From an uncultured Rhodobacterales bacterium (GTDB taxonomy: Bacteria > Pseudomonadota > Alphaproteobacteria > Rhodobacterales > Rhodobacteraceae): DNA of 64,000 bases. How positions within the stretch are numbered: position 1 is the stretch's first letter; the number at the start of each line of letters is the position of its first letter. Made by a program: the position numbers and the translations under genes. Below the pieces are notes generated by a model. It did not search any database. It was not told where the DNA came from and saw nothing but the letters and a program-made list of their open reading frames with translations. This document shows, one piece after another, positions 46,883-55,970 of this stretch. The stretch covers positions 30,141-94,140 of the forward strand of contig CAIMWI010000010.1 of the NCBI GenBank assembly GCA_903845215.1, read 5' to 3'.

Positions 46883-48420
46883 GCCGCCACCTGCCCGCGG
46901 GCTGACCCTGCGGCAAGGCGGATGACCTTTTCCTGTGTCGCCTCGGATATATCCAAAATCCCCGCCTGCCGCCCTTCGCGCATCACCAGCACGCGGTCGG
47001 CTAGGGCCATCACCTCGGGCAAGTCAGAGGATATGACCAGCACCGCCACCCCCTCTTGCGCCAGCGTTCGGATGATATTGTGCACCTCGGCTTTGGCGCC
47101 CACATCCACCCCGCGGGTGGGCTCGTCAAAGATCAAAATACGCGGCTTGGTTTCCAGCCACTTGGCCAGCATCACCTTTTGCTGGTTGCCGCCAGAAAGC
47201 TTGCCAACCTCAACCCCGACATGGGGCGATTTGATCGCCAGTTGTTTGCGGTATCCCTCGGCCATGGCCGCTTCGGCCTTGCGGTCGATCAAGCCAAAGG
47301 CCCCCAGCAGCTTGCCCAAACTCGCCAGCGAGATATTGGCAAAGATCGGCAAGCTTAACGCCAACCCCATCTTGCGCCGATCTTCCGAGACATAGGCGAT
47401 CTTATGGCCCATGGCCTGTTGCGGCGAGGTGATCGTGACCGCTTGCCCGTCAATCAAAATGCGCCCTTCGGTGGAAGGCGATATGCCAAACAGCGCCAGC
47501 GCCACATCGGTGCGCCGCGCCCCCACAAGGCCCGCAAAGCACAAAACCTCTCCGGCTGACAGATCAAAGGTGATGCCGGAAAACACCCCCGCGCGGCCCA
47601 AACCTTCCAGCCGCAACACGCTATCCCCATGCGGATTGGCGGCGGATTTCACGGCAAAGGTATCAATCGCCCGACCCACCATGTCTTTGACCATGCCATC
47701 GGGTGTGACCTGATCAATCGGCTTGGTGGAAATATGCTGGCCATCGCGAATGACCGTCACACGGTCGGCGATCTGGAAAATCTCGTCCAGCCGATGCGAG
47801 ATGTAGATCACCGCAACACCCTTGGCCTTTAACGCGCGCGCGATGGACAAAAGCCGTGCCACCTCATGCGCAGATAGGCTGGCAGTGGGTTCATCCATGA
47901 TCAAGACTTTGACATTCAGGCTTAAAGCCCGCGCAATTTCCACAGTTTGCTGTTCGGCCAAGGTCAGGCCCGATGCGGCGCGGTGCACATCCAAGGTGAC
48001 ACCCAACTGTGAAATCAGATCAGAGGCTTGGGCGTAGATCTGCTTCCAGTTCATGAAAGCGCCCTGCGCGCGATTGGAGATAAAGATATTCTCGGCCACA
48101 TCCAGATCGGGAAAGACCATCGGTTCTTGATAAATCGCTGCAATCCCGTGGCTTTGCGCCTCTTGGGTTGACCGGATCGTCACGGGTGCGCCCGAAACAA
48201 AAATCTGGCCCTGATCAGGCTGATGCACCCCCGTCATGATCTTGATCAGCGTCGATTTGCCCGCCCCGTTTTCGCCGACAATGGCGTGAATCTCTCCTGG
48301 CTCGATCGTCAGGGTCATATCTTTCAACGCCGCCGTGGCAGCAAAGCTTTTGGAAACATGACGCAGGTCTAAAACGCTCAAAGCCTGTCTCCTAAGTGTA
48401 AAAGGCGTCAGGGCCGCCAC
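46879..48420 (-). CDS. rhaT: sugar ABC transporter ATP-binding protein, duplicated ATPase (RhaT-like)
   Basis: 513 aa with two nucleotide-binding domains ([10 protein letters not shown]; LSGGNQQKV). Confidence 0.9.
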   Translation of the reverse strand: MAALTPFTLRRQALSVLDLRHVSKSFAATAALKDMTLTIEPGEIHAIVGENGAGKSTLIKIMTGVHQPDQGQIFVSGAPVTIRSTQEAQSHGIAAIYQEPMVFPDLDVAENIFISNRAQGAFMNWKQIYAQASDLISQLGVTLDVHRAASGLTLAEQQTVEIARALSLNVKVLIMDEPTASLSAHEVARLLSIARALKAKGVAVIYISHRLDEIFQIADRVTVIRDGQHISTKPIDQVTPDGMVKDMVGRAIDTFAVKSAANPHGDSVLRLEGLGRAGVFSGITFDLSAGEVLCFAGLVGARRTDVALALFGISPSTEGRILIDGQAVTITSPQQAMGHKIAYVSEDRRKMGLALSLPIFANISLASLGKLLGAFGLIDRKAEAAMAEGYRKQLAIKSPHVGVEVGKLSGGNQQKVMLAKWLETKPRILIFDEPTRGVDVGAKAEVHNIIRTLAQEGVAVLVISSDLPEVMALADRVLVMREGRQAGILDISEATQEKVIRLAAGSARGQVAA

Positions 48421-48456
48421 CGGGGCGGCCCTGATTGTCAGATTTGTCGCACCGAA

Positions 48457-49494
48457 TTACTTCGAAGCGGCTTCGACGTTGTCTTTGTTGTAGACAGTGA
48501 ACGGGCCCATCAAGACGCGCTTGGCACCGGCACGGCCGGGATCCTCATCGATCTTGAAATTGCCCATACGGCCAGCGGCAAACTCTTCGCCGATCTCGCC
48601 CTTGATCGCCCCGGTTGCCAGCAGGTAGCTGGTGTAATAGGTCAGATAGCCAAGGTCGACAAAGGACCACAGCGCAAATTCCGGCGCGCAGCCATTCATC
48701 GTGTACGACACCATCTCAGCCGGAAGACCAAGGCCGGACACTTTGACCTTGTCGCACAGCTTTTCGTCCTGCATCGCCTTCGCAGCGGCCACGATACCCA
48801 CAGTGGTGGGGGCCATGATCACTTTCAGATCGGGATACTTATCCACCAGACCCAAGGCGCGGTTGTAGGATTCTTCCGATTGGTCGTTGCCATAGACAAC
48901 GTCGACCAACTTCAGGTCTTTATACTTGGCGTCAGCGGCCAGCACCACTTTCATCGCTTCGATCCAAGCATTCTGGTTGGCGGCATCGGGGCTGGCCGAC
49001 AGCACGGCGAATTCGCCTGCGCCACCGGCTTCGCTATAGACCATATCGGCCATCACGGTGCCGATCGAGCCAAAGTCCACCTGCGCCACAAAGACCGATT
49101 CGCCCTTGCCCGAGGGGATCGGGCTGTCCCATGTCACAACCTTGGTGCCAGCGGCCTGAGCAGCCTCTGCCGTCGGTGCAATCTGGTCGCCGGCGTTGTT
49201 TGACAGCATGACCACGCCCTGCTTCTGGGTCGTGGCGGTTGTCAGCATTTCAATCTGACCAGCGGCAGAGTTTTCAGGGGTCGGCCCGATGTACTGGTAG
49301 GTGCCGGTATTGCCCAATTCCTTGGCGGCTTCTTGTGCGCCACGGTCAGCTTGGTCGAAGGGCAGAATGCCAAGGAACTTCGGCAACAGCACGATGTTCA
49401 CGGCTTGGCCCGGGGTTGCGGTGACCACATCGGCCATCAGGGTCGTGCCCATCAGGCTTGCTGCCATCGTCAATGCTAATCCAAATGTCTTCAT
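48457..49494 (-). CDS. rhaS: rhamnose ABC transporter substrate-binding protein (RhaS-like)
   Basis: Start at ATG 49494 gives the signal peptide [21 protein letters not shown]. Periplasmic-binding type I fold. Confidence 0.8.
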   Translation of the reverse strand: MKTFGLALTMAASLMGTTLMADVVTATPGQAVNIVLLPKFLGILPFDQADRGAQEAAKELGNTGTYQYIGPTPENSAAGQIEMLTTATTQKQGVVMLSNNAGDQIAPTAEAAQAAGTKVVTWDSPIPSGKGESVFVAQVDFGSIGTVMADMVYSEAGGAGEFAVLSASPDAANQNAWIEAMKVVLAADAKYKDLKLVDVVYGNDQSEESYNRALGLVDKYPDLKVIMAPTTVGIVAAAKAMQDEKLCDKVKVSGLGLPAEMVSYTMNGCAPEFALWSFVDLGYLTYYTSYLLATGAIKGEIGEEFAAGRMGNFKIDEDPGRAGAKRVLMGPFTVYNKDNVEAASK

Positions 49495-49522
49495 GTCGTC
49501 CTCCCGTTGGTTGTTTTCGGCG

Positions 49523-50323
49523 TTAAGCGGCCGATCGCCTCGCGTCACTGTCATCTTCAGCCATCAGCACCTCAATGCCGAGTGACCGCAGATGATCCAC
49601 CATCCCCGCTGGCGCACCCCAATCGGTGACCACCGTAGATACCCGTGTCAGGGGGCACACCACCATGTTGCCCCGCGCCTCGAATTTCGAGGAATCTGCA
49701 ATGACGATCAACTTTTCGGCGCGCGACAGCAGCTTGGCTTCGGCGCGCGCAATCAAAGGATCGCTTTCGATCACCCCCATGGGCGTGATCGCATAACAAG
49801 ACATAAACATTTTAGAGGCCGCGAAATGCTGGATCGCGTCTTCTTCGAACGGCGACAGGATGATCCCCGGTTCGCGGTACAATTCGCCGCCGGGCAGCAC
49901 CACACGGTTGCCGGAATTGGCAATAAGCTCTTGCGCGATGGGGAAAGAGTTGGTCAGCACCTGCATGCGGTGCTGGCGCAGGCATTGCGCCATGAACCAC
50001 GTCGTCGACCCCGCGTTCAAAATGATCGAATCGCCATCAGCGCACAGGCTGGCCGCCTTGCGCGCCACCGCCAGTTTGGCCTGCGGGTTGGTGGTTTGGC
50101 TGGCCCCGAACGACACCGCCGTCAAATCGCCCTGCCCCGACACTTCCGCCGTTTCCGCCCCGCCATGCACGCGCTTTAACTGACCCGTATCCTCTAGCCG
50201 TGCCAGATCGCGGCGCAGCGTGGCAAGCGATGCCCCCGTCAACTCGGCAAGGTCGCTCACACGAACAATCCCGCGTTCGCGCAGCCGGTTCAGGATAAGG
50301 TGCCATCTTTCACGTTCATGCAT
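49523..50323 (-). CDS. rhaR: DeoR/GlpR family transcriptional regulator (RhaR-like)
   Basis: N-terminal HTH ([35 protein letters not shown]) plus a DeoR C-terminal sensor domain. It is the first gene of the transporter operon. Confidence 0.8.
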   Translation of the reverse strand: MHERERWHLILNRLRERGIVRVSDLAELTGASLATLRRDLARLEDTGQLKRVHGGAETAEVSGQGDLTAVSFGASQTTNPQAKLAVARKAASLCADGDSIILNAGSTTWFMAQCLRQHRMQVLTNSFPIAQELIANSGNRVVLPGGELYREPGIILSPFEEDAIQHFAASKMFMSCYAITPMGVIESDPLIARAEAKLLSRAEKLIVIADSSKFEARGNMVVCPLTRVSTVVTDWGAPAGMVDHLRSLGIEVLMAEDDSDARRSAA

Positions 50324-50337
50324 GGGTCAAGGCTAGT

Positions 50338-50438
50338 CAGAATCGCTCATATCCGTCAACAACCAATCGCATTGCTGCATTGCAGTAAGTTTTCTGCGCT
50401 GCAGTATGCAGCATAGTGATTGACGATGAGCGATTCTG
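50338..50438. promoter_or_regulatory. nested inverted repeats in the rhaR / rhaD divergent control region
   Basis: Perfect 13-bp arms CAGAATCGCTCAT (50338-50350) and ATGAGCGATTCTG (50426-50438). Inner arms TGCTGCA (50373-50379) and TGCAGCA (50407-50413). Palindrome CTGCATTGCAG at 50375-50385. The 9-mer TTTTCTGCG is at 50390-50398. Confidence 0.55.
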
Positions 50439-50454
50439 TCCCTAGGTTTTTGGT

Positions 50455-52524
50455 ATGACCCAAAACATCCTCCTCTCGTCCCTTTGGGACGACGCCGTCG
50501 CCGCCCCGCTCGATGAGCCGGGCAAACTGCTGTATCGGTCCAACCTGCTTGGGTCTGATCTGCGGATCACCAATTTTGGCGGGGGCAACACCTCGGCCAA
50601 GGTCACATCGCGCGACCCTTTGACGGGGGCGGATGTGCAGGTGCTGTGGGTCAAGGGGTCGGGCGGGGATATCGGCTCGATGAAGCTGGACGGGTTTTCG
50701 ACCTTGTATATGGACAAGCTGTTCCAACTGCGCGGTCAGTACAAAAGCCTTGATCAAGAAGACGCCATGGTCGAGGCGCTGGGGCATTGCATCTTTAACC
50801 TCAACCCGCGCGCACCCTCGATTGACACATGGCTGCACGGCTTTGTACCGGCGACACATGTCGATCATGTGCATTCTGACGCCGTGATCGCCATTGCCGC
50901 CGCTGCCGACCAAGTGGCCCTGACGGCAGAGATTTTTGGCGACGAGATCGGCTATCTGCCATGGCAGCGCCCGGGGATCGACCTTGGGATCAAGCTTGGC
51001 GCTATGGCCGAGGCGAACCCCAAGATGGTGGGCCTTGTGCTGGGCAGCCACGGGCTGTTCACCTGGGGTGATACCGCCAAGGCGTGCTACGCGCAAACCC
51101 TGCGCATCATCAACAAGGCCGCCGTCTGGCTGGATGCCAATGTCAAACGCCCCGCCTTTGACGGCGAGAAAATCGCAGCCCTTCCGGCACAGGCGCGCCG
51201 CGATGCCGCCCGCCGCCTGATGCCGCTGATCAGGGGCCGAATTTCCAAGGCCGAGATGAAAGCAGGCCATTTCACCGATGCGCCCGAGGTGCTGGAATTT
51301 GTCAATTCTAACGCGCTTGCCAGCCTTGCGCCCTTGGGCACCTCGTGCCCCGACCACTTTTTGCGCACCAAGATCAAGCCTTTGATCGTGCCCGCCGATG
51401 CGGACGGGGTGACTTTGGATGCCCTGATCGCCGGCTACCGCGCCGATTACGCCGCCTATTACGAACGGTGCAAACACCCCAATTCCCCCGCCATGCGCGA
51501 CCCCAACGCCGTGATCTACCTGATCCCCGGCGTGGGCATGGTGTCTTTTGCCAAAGACAAGGCCACGGCCCGCATCTCGGCCGAATTTTATGTCAACGCG
51601 ATCAACGTGATGCGCGGCGCTTCGGGCGTGTCGACCTATCAGGGATTGGATGAGCAAGAGGCCTTCAACATCGAATACTGGCTGTTGGAAGAGGCCAAGT
51701 TGCAACGCATGCCCAAGCCCAAGTCGATGCAGGGCCGTGTTGCCTTTATCACAGGCGGGGCGGGCGGAATTGGATCGGCCTCTGCCGAACGCTTGCTGCG
51801 CGAGGGCTGCAATGTGGTTCTGGCCGATATCGACCAAAGTGCGCTGGATGAGGTGACCGCCGGTTTTGCCAAACGCTATGGCCGCGACACGGTGCGCGGT
51901 GTGCTGATGGATGTCACACAAGAGGCGCAGGTGGTGGCAGCCATCGAAGGGGCTGTGGCCGAATTTGGCGGCTTGGATGTGGTGGTCAACAACGCGGGCA
52001 TCACCTCGGCTGCGGCGGTGGAAGATACAACGCTTGCCATGTGGAACCGCACGATGGACATTCTGTCGACGGGCTATTTTCTGGTGGGCCGCGAAGGCTA
52101 CCGCGTGATGAAGGCCCAAGGCATCGGCGGGTCGATGGTGTTTATCGCCTCGAAAAACGGGGTGGCAGCGTCGCCGGGGGCTTCGGCCTATTGCACGGCC
52201 AAGGCGGCCGAAATTCATCTGGCGCGCTGCATGGCGCTGGAAGGGGCGCCGATGGGCATCAGGGTGAACGTGGTGAACCCCGATGCCGTGCTGCGCGGAT
52301 CGAAAATCTGGAAAGGCGAGTGGAGCCAGCAACGCGCCGCCTCCAACAAAATCGCCGTGGACGAGTTGGAAGAACATTACCGCAAGCGCAGCCTGCTGCA
52401 ACGCTCGGTCTTTCCCGAGGATATCGCCGAGGGGGTGTATTTTTTTGCGAGCGACCTGTCGAACAAATCGACGGGCAACTTCCTGAACGTGGATGCGGGC
52501 AATGCCGTATCCTTTACGAGGTAA
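50455..52524 (+). CDS. rhaD: bifunctional rhamnulose-1-phosphate aldolase / short-chain dehydrogenase
   Basis: 689 aa. N-terminal class II aldolase-like half (RITNFGGGNTSAK) fused to an SDR half (TGGAGGIGSA ... YCTAKAA). Confidence 0.9.
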   Translation: MTQNILLSSLWDDAVAAPLDEPGKLLYRSNLLGSDLRITNFGGGNTSAKVTSRDPLTGADVQVLWVKGSGGDIGSMKLDGFSTLYMDKLFQLRGQYKSLDQEDAMVEALGHCIFNLNPRAPSIDTWLHGFVPATHVDHVHSDAVIAIAAAADQVALTAEIFGDEIGYLPWQRPGIDLGIKLGAMAEANPKMVGLVLGSHGLFTWGDTAKACYAQTLRIINKAAVWLDANVKRPAFDGEKIAALPAQARRDAARRLMPLIRGRISKAEMKAGHFTDAPEVLEFVNSNALASLAPLGTSCPDHFLRTKIKPLIVPADADGVTLDALIAGYRADYAAYYERCKHPNSPAMRDPNAVIYLIPGVGMVSFAKDKATARISAEFYVNAINVMRGASGVSTYQGLDEQEAFNIEYWLLEEAKLQRMPKPKSMQGRVAFITGGAGGIGSASAERLLREGCNVVLADIDQSALDEVTAGFAKRYGRDTVRGVLMDVTQEAQVVAAIEGAVAEFGGLDVVVNNAGITSAAAVEDTTLAMWNRTMDILSTGYFLVGREGYRVMKAQGIGGSMVFIASKNGVAASPGASAYCTAKAAEIHLARCMALEGAPMGIRVNVVNPDAVLRGSKIWKGEWSQQRAASNKIAVDELEEHYRKRSLLQRSVFPEDIAEGVYFFASDLSNKSTGNFLNVDAGNAVSFTR

Positions 52525-52527
52525 GCG

Positions 52528-53808
52528 ATGCGCGAGATCTCTGCCGATCTGATCGGAACGCTGAACGACAAGGGCGCGCAGGCGCAGGCCGAAGATTACG
52601 CCGCTTTGGGCCGCCAATTGGCGCGGCGCGGGATGGATATCGAAGCCGTCACACAGCGCGCCATGGCATGGTCGGTGGCCATTCCCACATGGGGCGTGGG
52701 TACAGGCGGTACCCGCTTTGCCCGTTTTCCCGGGCTGGGCGAACCGCGCCATATTCACGACAAACTGGCCGATTGCGGCGTGATCCAGGCGCTCACACGC
52801 GGCACCCGCACCGTCAGCCCACATATTCCATGGGATAAGGTCAGCGATTACAATGCTTTGCGGCAAGAGGCCGCCCAGTACGGGTTGGGCTTTGATGCGG
52901 TCAATTCCAACACCTTCCAAGACCAGATCGGCCAAGCGCGCACTTACAAACACGGCTCGCTTGCCAATGCTGACCCCATGACCCGCGCCCAAGCTGTCGC
53001 GCATAATTTGGAGTGTATCGAGATTGGCCAAAAGCTCGGCTCAACCGCGCTGACGGTTTGGGTGGGCGATGGCACAAACTTTGCAGGCCAGCAAAATCTG
53101 GGCAAGATGTTTGAAGATTATCTGGACGCCATGGGCCAGATCTACGCCGGATTGCCCAAAGACTGGACGATGTTCATCGAACACAAGATGTATGAACCGG
53201 CCTTCTATTCCACCGTGATTTCCGACTGGGGCTCATCCTTGATCGCAGCACAGACCTTGGGGCCGCAGGCCAAATGTCTGGTCGATCTGGGCCACCATGC
53301 GCCCAACACCAATATCGAACAGATCGTCGCGCGGTTGATCCATGTTGGCAAATTGGCTGGCTTTCACTTTAACGATTCCAAATACGGCGATGATGATCTC
53401 GATGCCGGCTCGGTCGATCCGTTCCGGTTGTTTTTGGTGTTCAACGAATTGGTCGATGCTGAACCCAAGGGGCTAAATTTGGCCTATATGATCGACCAAA
53501 GCCATAATGTGACCGATCCGATCGAAAGCCTGATGGCGTCGGCCATCGAAATCGCCCGCGCTTATGTGCAGGCAAGCTTGGTGGACCGCACGGCTTTGGC
53601 CGCAGCACAGGGCGAAAATGATGTGCTGGGCGCGCATCGGATGCTGAAAGCCGCCTATATCACCGATGTCTCGCCCATCTTGGCCGAGGCGCGGGCGCGG
53701 CAGGGCGGGGCTTTGGATCCGATCGGTGTGTACCGGGCATCGGGCTACCGCGCGGCGAAGGGTAAAGAGCGGCCTATGGTGGTGGGGGCATCGTCCGGCA
53801 TCGTCTGA
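52528..53808 (+). CDS. rhaI: L-rhamnose catabolism isomerase (xylose-isomerase-like TIM barrel, Pseudomonas stutzeri/Rhizobium type)
   Basis: 426 aa, directly after rhaD. The WGVGTGGTRFARF and DLGHH motifs are consistent with this isomerase family. Confidence 0.85.
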   Translation: MREISADLIGTLNDKGAQAQAEDYAALGRQLARRGMDIEAVTQRAMAWSVAIPTWGVGTGGTRFARFPGLGEPRHIHDKLADCGVIQALTRGTRTVSPHIPWDKVSDYNALRQEAAQYGLGFDAVNSNTFQDQIGQARTYKHGSLANADPMTRAQAVAHNLECIEIGQKLGSTALTVWVGDGTNFAGQQNLGKMFEDYLDAMGQIYAGLPKDWTMFIEHKMYEPAFYSTVISDWGSSLIAAQTLGPQAKCLVDLGHHAPNTNIEQIVARLIHVGKLAGFHFNDSKYGDDDLDAGSVDPFRLFLVFNELVDAEPKGLNLAYMIDQSHNVTDPIESLMASAIEIARAYVQASLVDRTALAAAQGENDVLGAHRMLKAAYITDVSPILAEARARQGGALDPIGVYRASGYRAAKGKERPMVVGASSGIV

Positions 53809-53814
53809 TCCGTC

Positions 53815-53875
53815 GATTTTTCTGCGAAAAATCACGTCGGCCACCGGACCGACCCTGAATTTTCGCAGAAAATTC
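53815..53875. promoter_or_regulatory. pair of 19-bp palindromic boxes (GATTTTTCTGCGAAAAATC and GAATTTTCGCAGAAAATTC) centred 42 bp apart
   Basis: Read directly from the sequence. Each box has 8-bp self-complementary arms around a 3-nt core. Box 2 is an inverted copy of box 1 with 2 mismatches. Both contain TTTTCTGCG, which also occurs in the rhaR-rhaD region. Confidence 0.55.
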
Positions 53876-53911
53876 GTGGCCATAGAATTCGTGGCCTTGG
53901 AATTCGTGGCC
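53871..53911 (+). repeat. three 15-bp-period tandem repeats of AATTCGTGGCC
   Basis: Exact 11-mers at 53871-53881, 53886-53896 and 53901-53911, separated by 4-nt spacers. They end 8 nt before the GGAGG Shine-Dalgarno of the next gene. Confidence 0.8.
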
Positions 53912-53928
53912 CAAGAAGTGGAGGGTTT

Positions 53929-54984
53929 ATGACAGACAAACGGTCCATCATCGACGAAAGCCACGATTTCTGGTCAGACATCGTCTTTCCGCTGTTGCTA
54001 AGCCATTTTCCGACCCAAACCGCCCAAATGGCCGCAGGCTTTTTCGGCTATGGCTCAGACGTGCTGCGGCTGGATGATCAGTATTCCACCGATCACCACT
54101 TTGGCTTGCGCGTCAATATCCTGCTGCCTGACGCAATGATGCAGGCCCAAGGCCGCGCCATCGAAGATATGCTGGCCGCCCACCTGCCCCAAACGTGGCG
54201 CGGGCGCGAACTGCGCGAAGGCTACACCCGCACCAAAGGCGTGGCCCTCGCAGCATTGGACCATCACCTTCTTTCCACCATCGGCCTGCCACACGCCCCG
54301 CGCAGCCTGACCGACTGGCTGCAAATTCCCGAGGAAGACATCACCCACATCGTCGCAGGCGAGGTCTGGCACGACCCTTCGGCGCGGTTTTCCACCATCC
54401 GCCACAGCCTTTTGGCCTATTACCCCGAACCCGTCCGCCTGCGCCGTCTGGCCCATTGGTCGCGCTATTTCTCGGGCATGGGGGTTTATGCGTTGAAGCG
54501 CGCCTTGCTGCGCAACAACACGCTGTATGCCTCGACCACCTTTGCGCGCAGCCTGCGCTGGGGGGTGCAGATGGCGTTCATGCTGGACCGCACCTATTAC
54601 CCTTACGACAAATGGCTGACCGAGATGTTCCACCGCCTGCCCCGCATGGGCGCGCGTCTGGCGCATATCGTGCAAAAGGCCCCGCTTCTCACGACGGGTT
54701 GGGACGAAAAGTTGCAGTTGTTGCACGACATGTCAGATATTCTGGACGCGACCATGGTCGAAGACGGGCTGATCGCCCCACATCCGCGTTATAAGGTGTC
54801 AGACACCTCGGGCTACCGGCTTTTGGAATCGGCCTATGCCGAGTTGATCCAGAAATGTCCGGCAGAGATTAAAACCCTGATCCCGCAGTGGGAACAGGTG
54901 CATTGGGAATCCTTTCATTCGGAATTTGTCGACAAAGTCGAGCTGTCCGATTGGCGGCGTATGTTGGTATTGGAGCAAGCATGA
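53929..54984 (+). CDS. DUF4037-like protein of unknown function
   Basis: 351 aa. GYGSDVLRLDDQYSTDHHFG and the later YYPEPVRLRRLAHW...YPYDKW blocks resemble DUF4037-containing proteins. This call is from memory only. Confidence 0.55.
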   Translation: MTDKRSIIDESHDFWSDIVFPLLLSHFPTQTAQMAAGFFGYGSDVLRLDDQYSTDHHFGLRVNILLPDAMMQAQGRAIEDMLAAHLPQTWRGRELREGYTRTKGVALAALDHHLLSTIGLPHAPRSLTDWLQIPEEDITHIVAGEVWHDPSARFSTIRHSLLAYYPEPVRLRRLAHWSRYFSGMGVYALKRALLRNNTLYASTTFARSLRWGVQMAFMLDRTYYPYDKWLTEMFHRLPRMGARLAHIVQKAPLLTTGWDEKLQLLHDMSDILDATMVEDGLIAPHPRYKVSDTSGYRLLESAYAELIQKCPAEIKTLIPQWEQVHWESFHSEFVDKVELSDWRRMLVLEQA

Positions 54985-55970
54985 ACTCGCTAGACCGCGT
55001 GATGGCCACGATCAATCGCCAACCCACCGACCGCACGCCGATTGACTGTTGGCTGTATCAAAAGCAATTCCTGGAACGGCTAGAGGCCGACTATGGCCCG
55101 CGCGAAAAGTTCATGGAAGAATTCGGCGTCGATGTCTTTGTTGGCCTGATGCCCTTTCCCAATCAATATGGCCGCCGCTTTGACATCATGGAATTGGACA
55201 GCCTGTCTTTTGAAGACCCAAAAGACCCCAAATGGCTAAACTATTCGGCGTGGAACTACGATTTTGGCGGCACCAATATCGCCACCGCCGTTGCCCAGCA
55301 AAAGGGCAAGCGCGCGGTTTTGGCGCATTGCTGGGGCATGGTCGAAGGCACCTCGTCGTTCCTTGGCATCGAAAATTGCTGGATGCATCTGGGCGGGCAG
55401 CCCGACCGCATGGCCGCATGGTTTGACAAATACGCCGATTGGATGTGCGTTCAGGTCGACAATCTGGTCGAGGCGGGGGTGGATATGATGACCCTGTCAG
55501 ATGATTGGGGCAGCAATGGCACCATGCTGTTTTCGCCCAAATCGTGGCGCAAGCTGATCAAACCCTATGCCATGCGCGTGGTGCAGCATGCCCGCAGCCG
55601 TGGCCTGCCGGTGAATCTGCATTCCGACGGCTATATCTTGCAAATCGTCGATGACATCATCGAAATGGGCTATACCTCGTGGCACCCCGTGCAAGAAAGT
55701 GCGGGCATGGACCCGCGCGAAGTCAAAGCGAAATGGGGCGACAAGATCACGATCTATGGCTCTTTGGATGTCATCGACGGGCTGTTGAAGTTTGAAGGCG
55801 ACGAACTGGAAGAATACATCACCAACCGCTTTGCCATCTATGCGCCCGGTGGCGGCTTTATCTTCAACGGCGGGCATTTCATCCAGCCCGACATCCCGCC
55901 CGCCCGCCTGATCCATGCCTACCGCGTCGTGCAAAAACTGGCCCCGCTCTATGGCACCTTAGCGGCATGA
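54981..55970 (+). CDS. uroporphyrinogen decarboxylase (URO-D / MtaA-CmuA-like) family protein
   Basis: Start at ATG 54981 (ATGA overlap). N-terminal RVMATINRQPTDRTPID and the LSDDWGSNGTMLFSP and NLHSDGYI blocks are typical of non-HemE URO-D family members. Confidence 0.7.
   Translation: MNSLDRVMATINRQPTDRTPIDCWLYQKQFLERLEADYGPREKFMEEFGVDVFVGLMPFPNQYGRRFDIMELDSLSFEDPKDPKWLNYSAWNYDFGGTNIATAVAQQKGKRAVLAHCWGMVEGTSSFLGIENCWMHLGGQPDRMAAWFDKYADWMCVQVDNLVEAGVDMMTLSDDWGSNGTMLFSPKSWRKLIKPYAMRVVQHARSRGLPVNLHSDGYILQIVDDIIEMGYTSWHPVQESAGMDPREVKAKWGDKITIYGSLDVIDGLLKFEGDELEEYITNRFAIYAPGGGFIFNGGHFIQPDIPPARLIHAYRVVQKLAPLYGTLAA

Noticed and set aside
50356-53031. 891-aa ORF on the minus strand, the longest unexplained ORF in the track
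   Set aside because: It lies exactly antisense to rhaD and rhaI, which have strong family motifs. Its translation is low-complexity Arg/Gly/Ala/His-rich with no recognisable motif. Long stop-free antisense frames are expected at this GC content.
53871-53911. Possible mini-CRISPR array (regularly spaced identical 11-mers)
   Set aside because: There are only three units. The period is 15 bp with 4-nt gaps, which is far too short for repeat-spacer architecture. There are no cas genes and no leader. It is better explained as regulatory tandem repeats.
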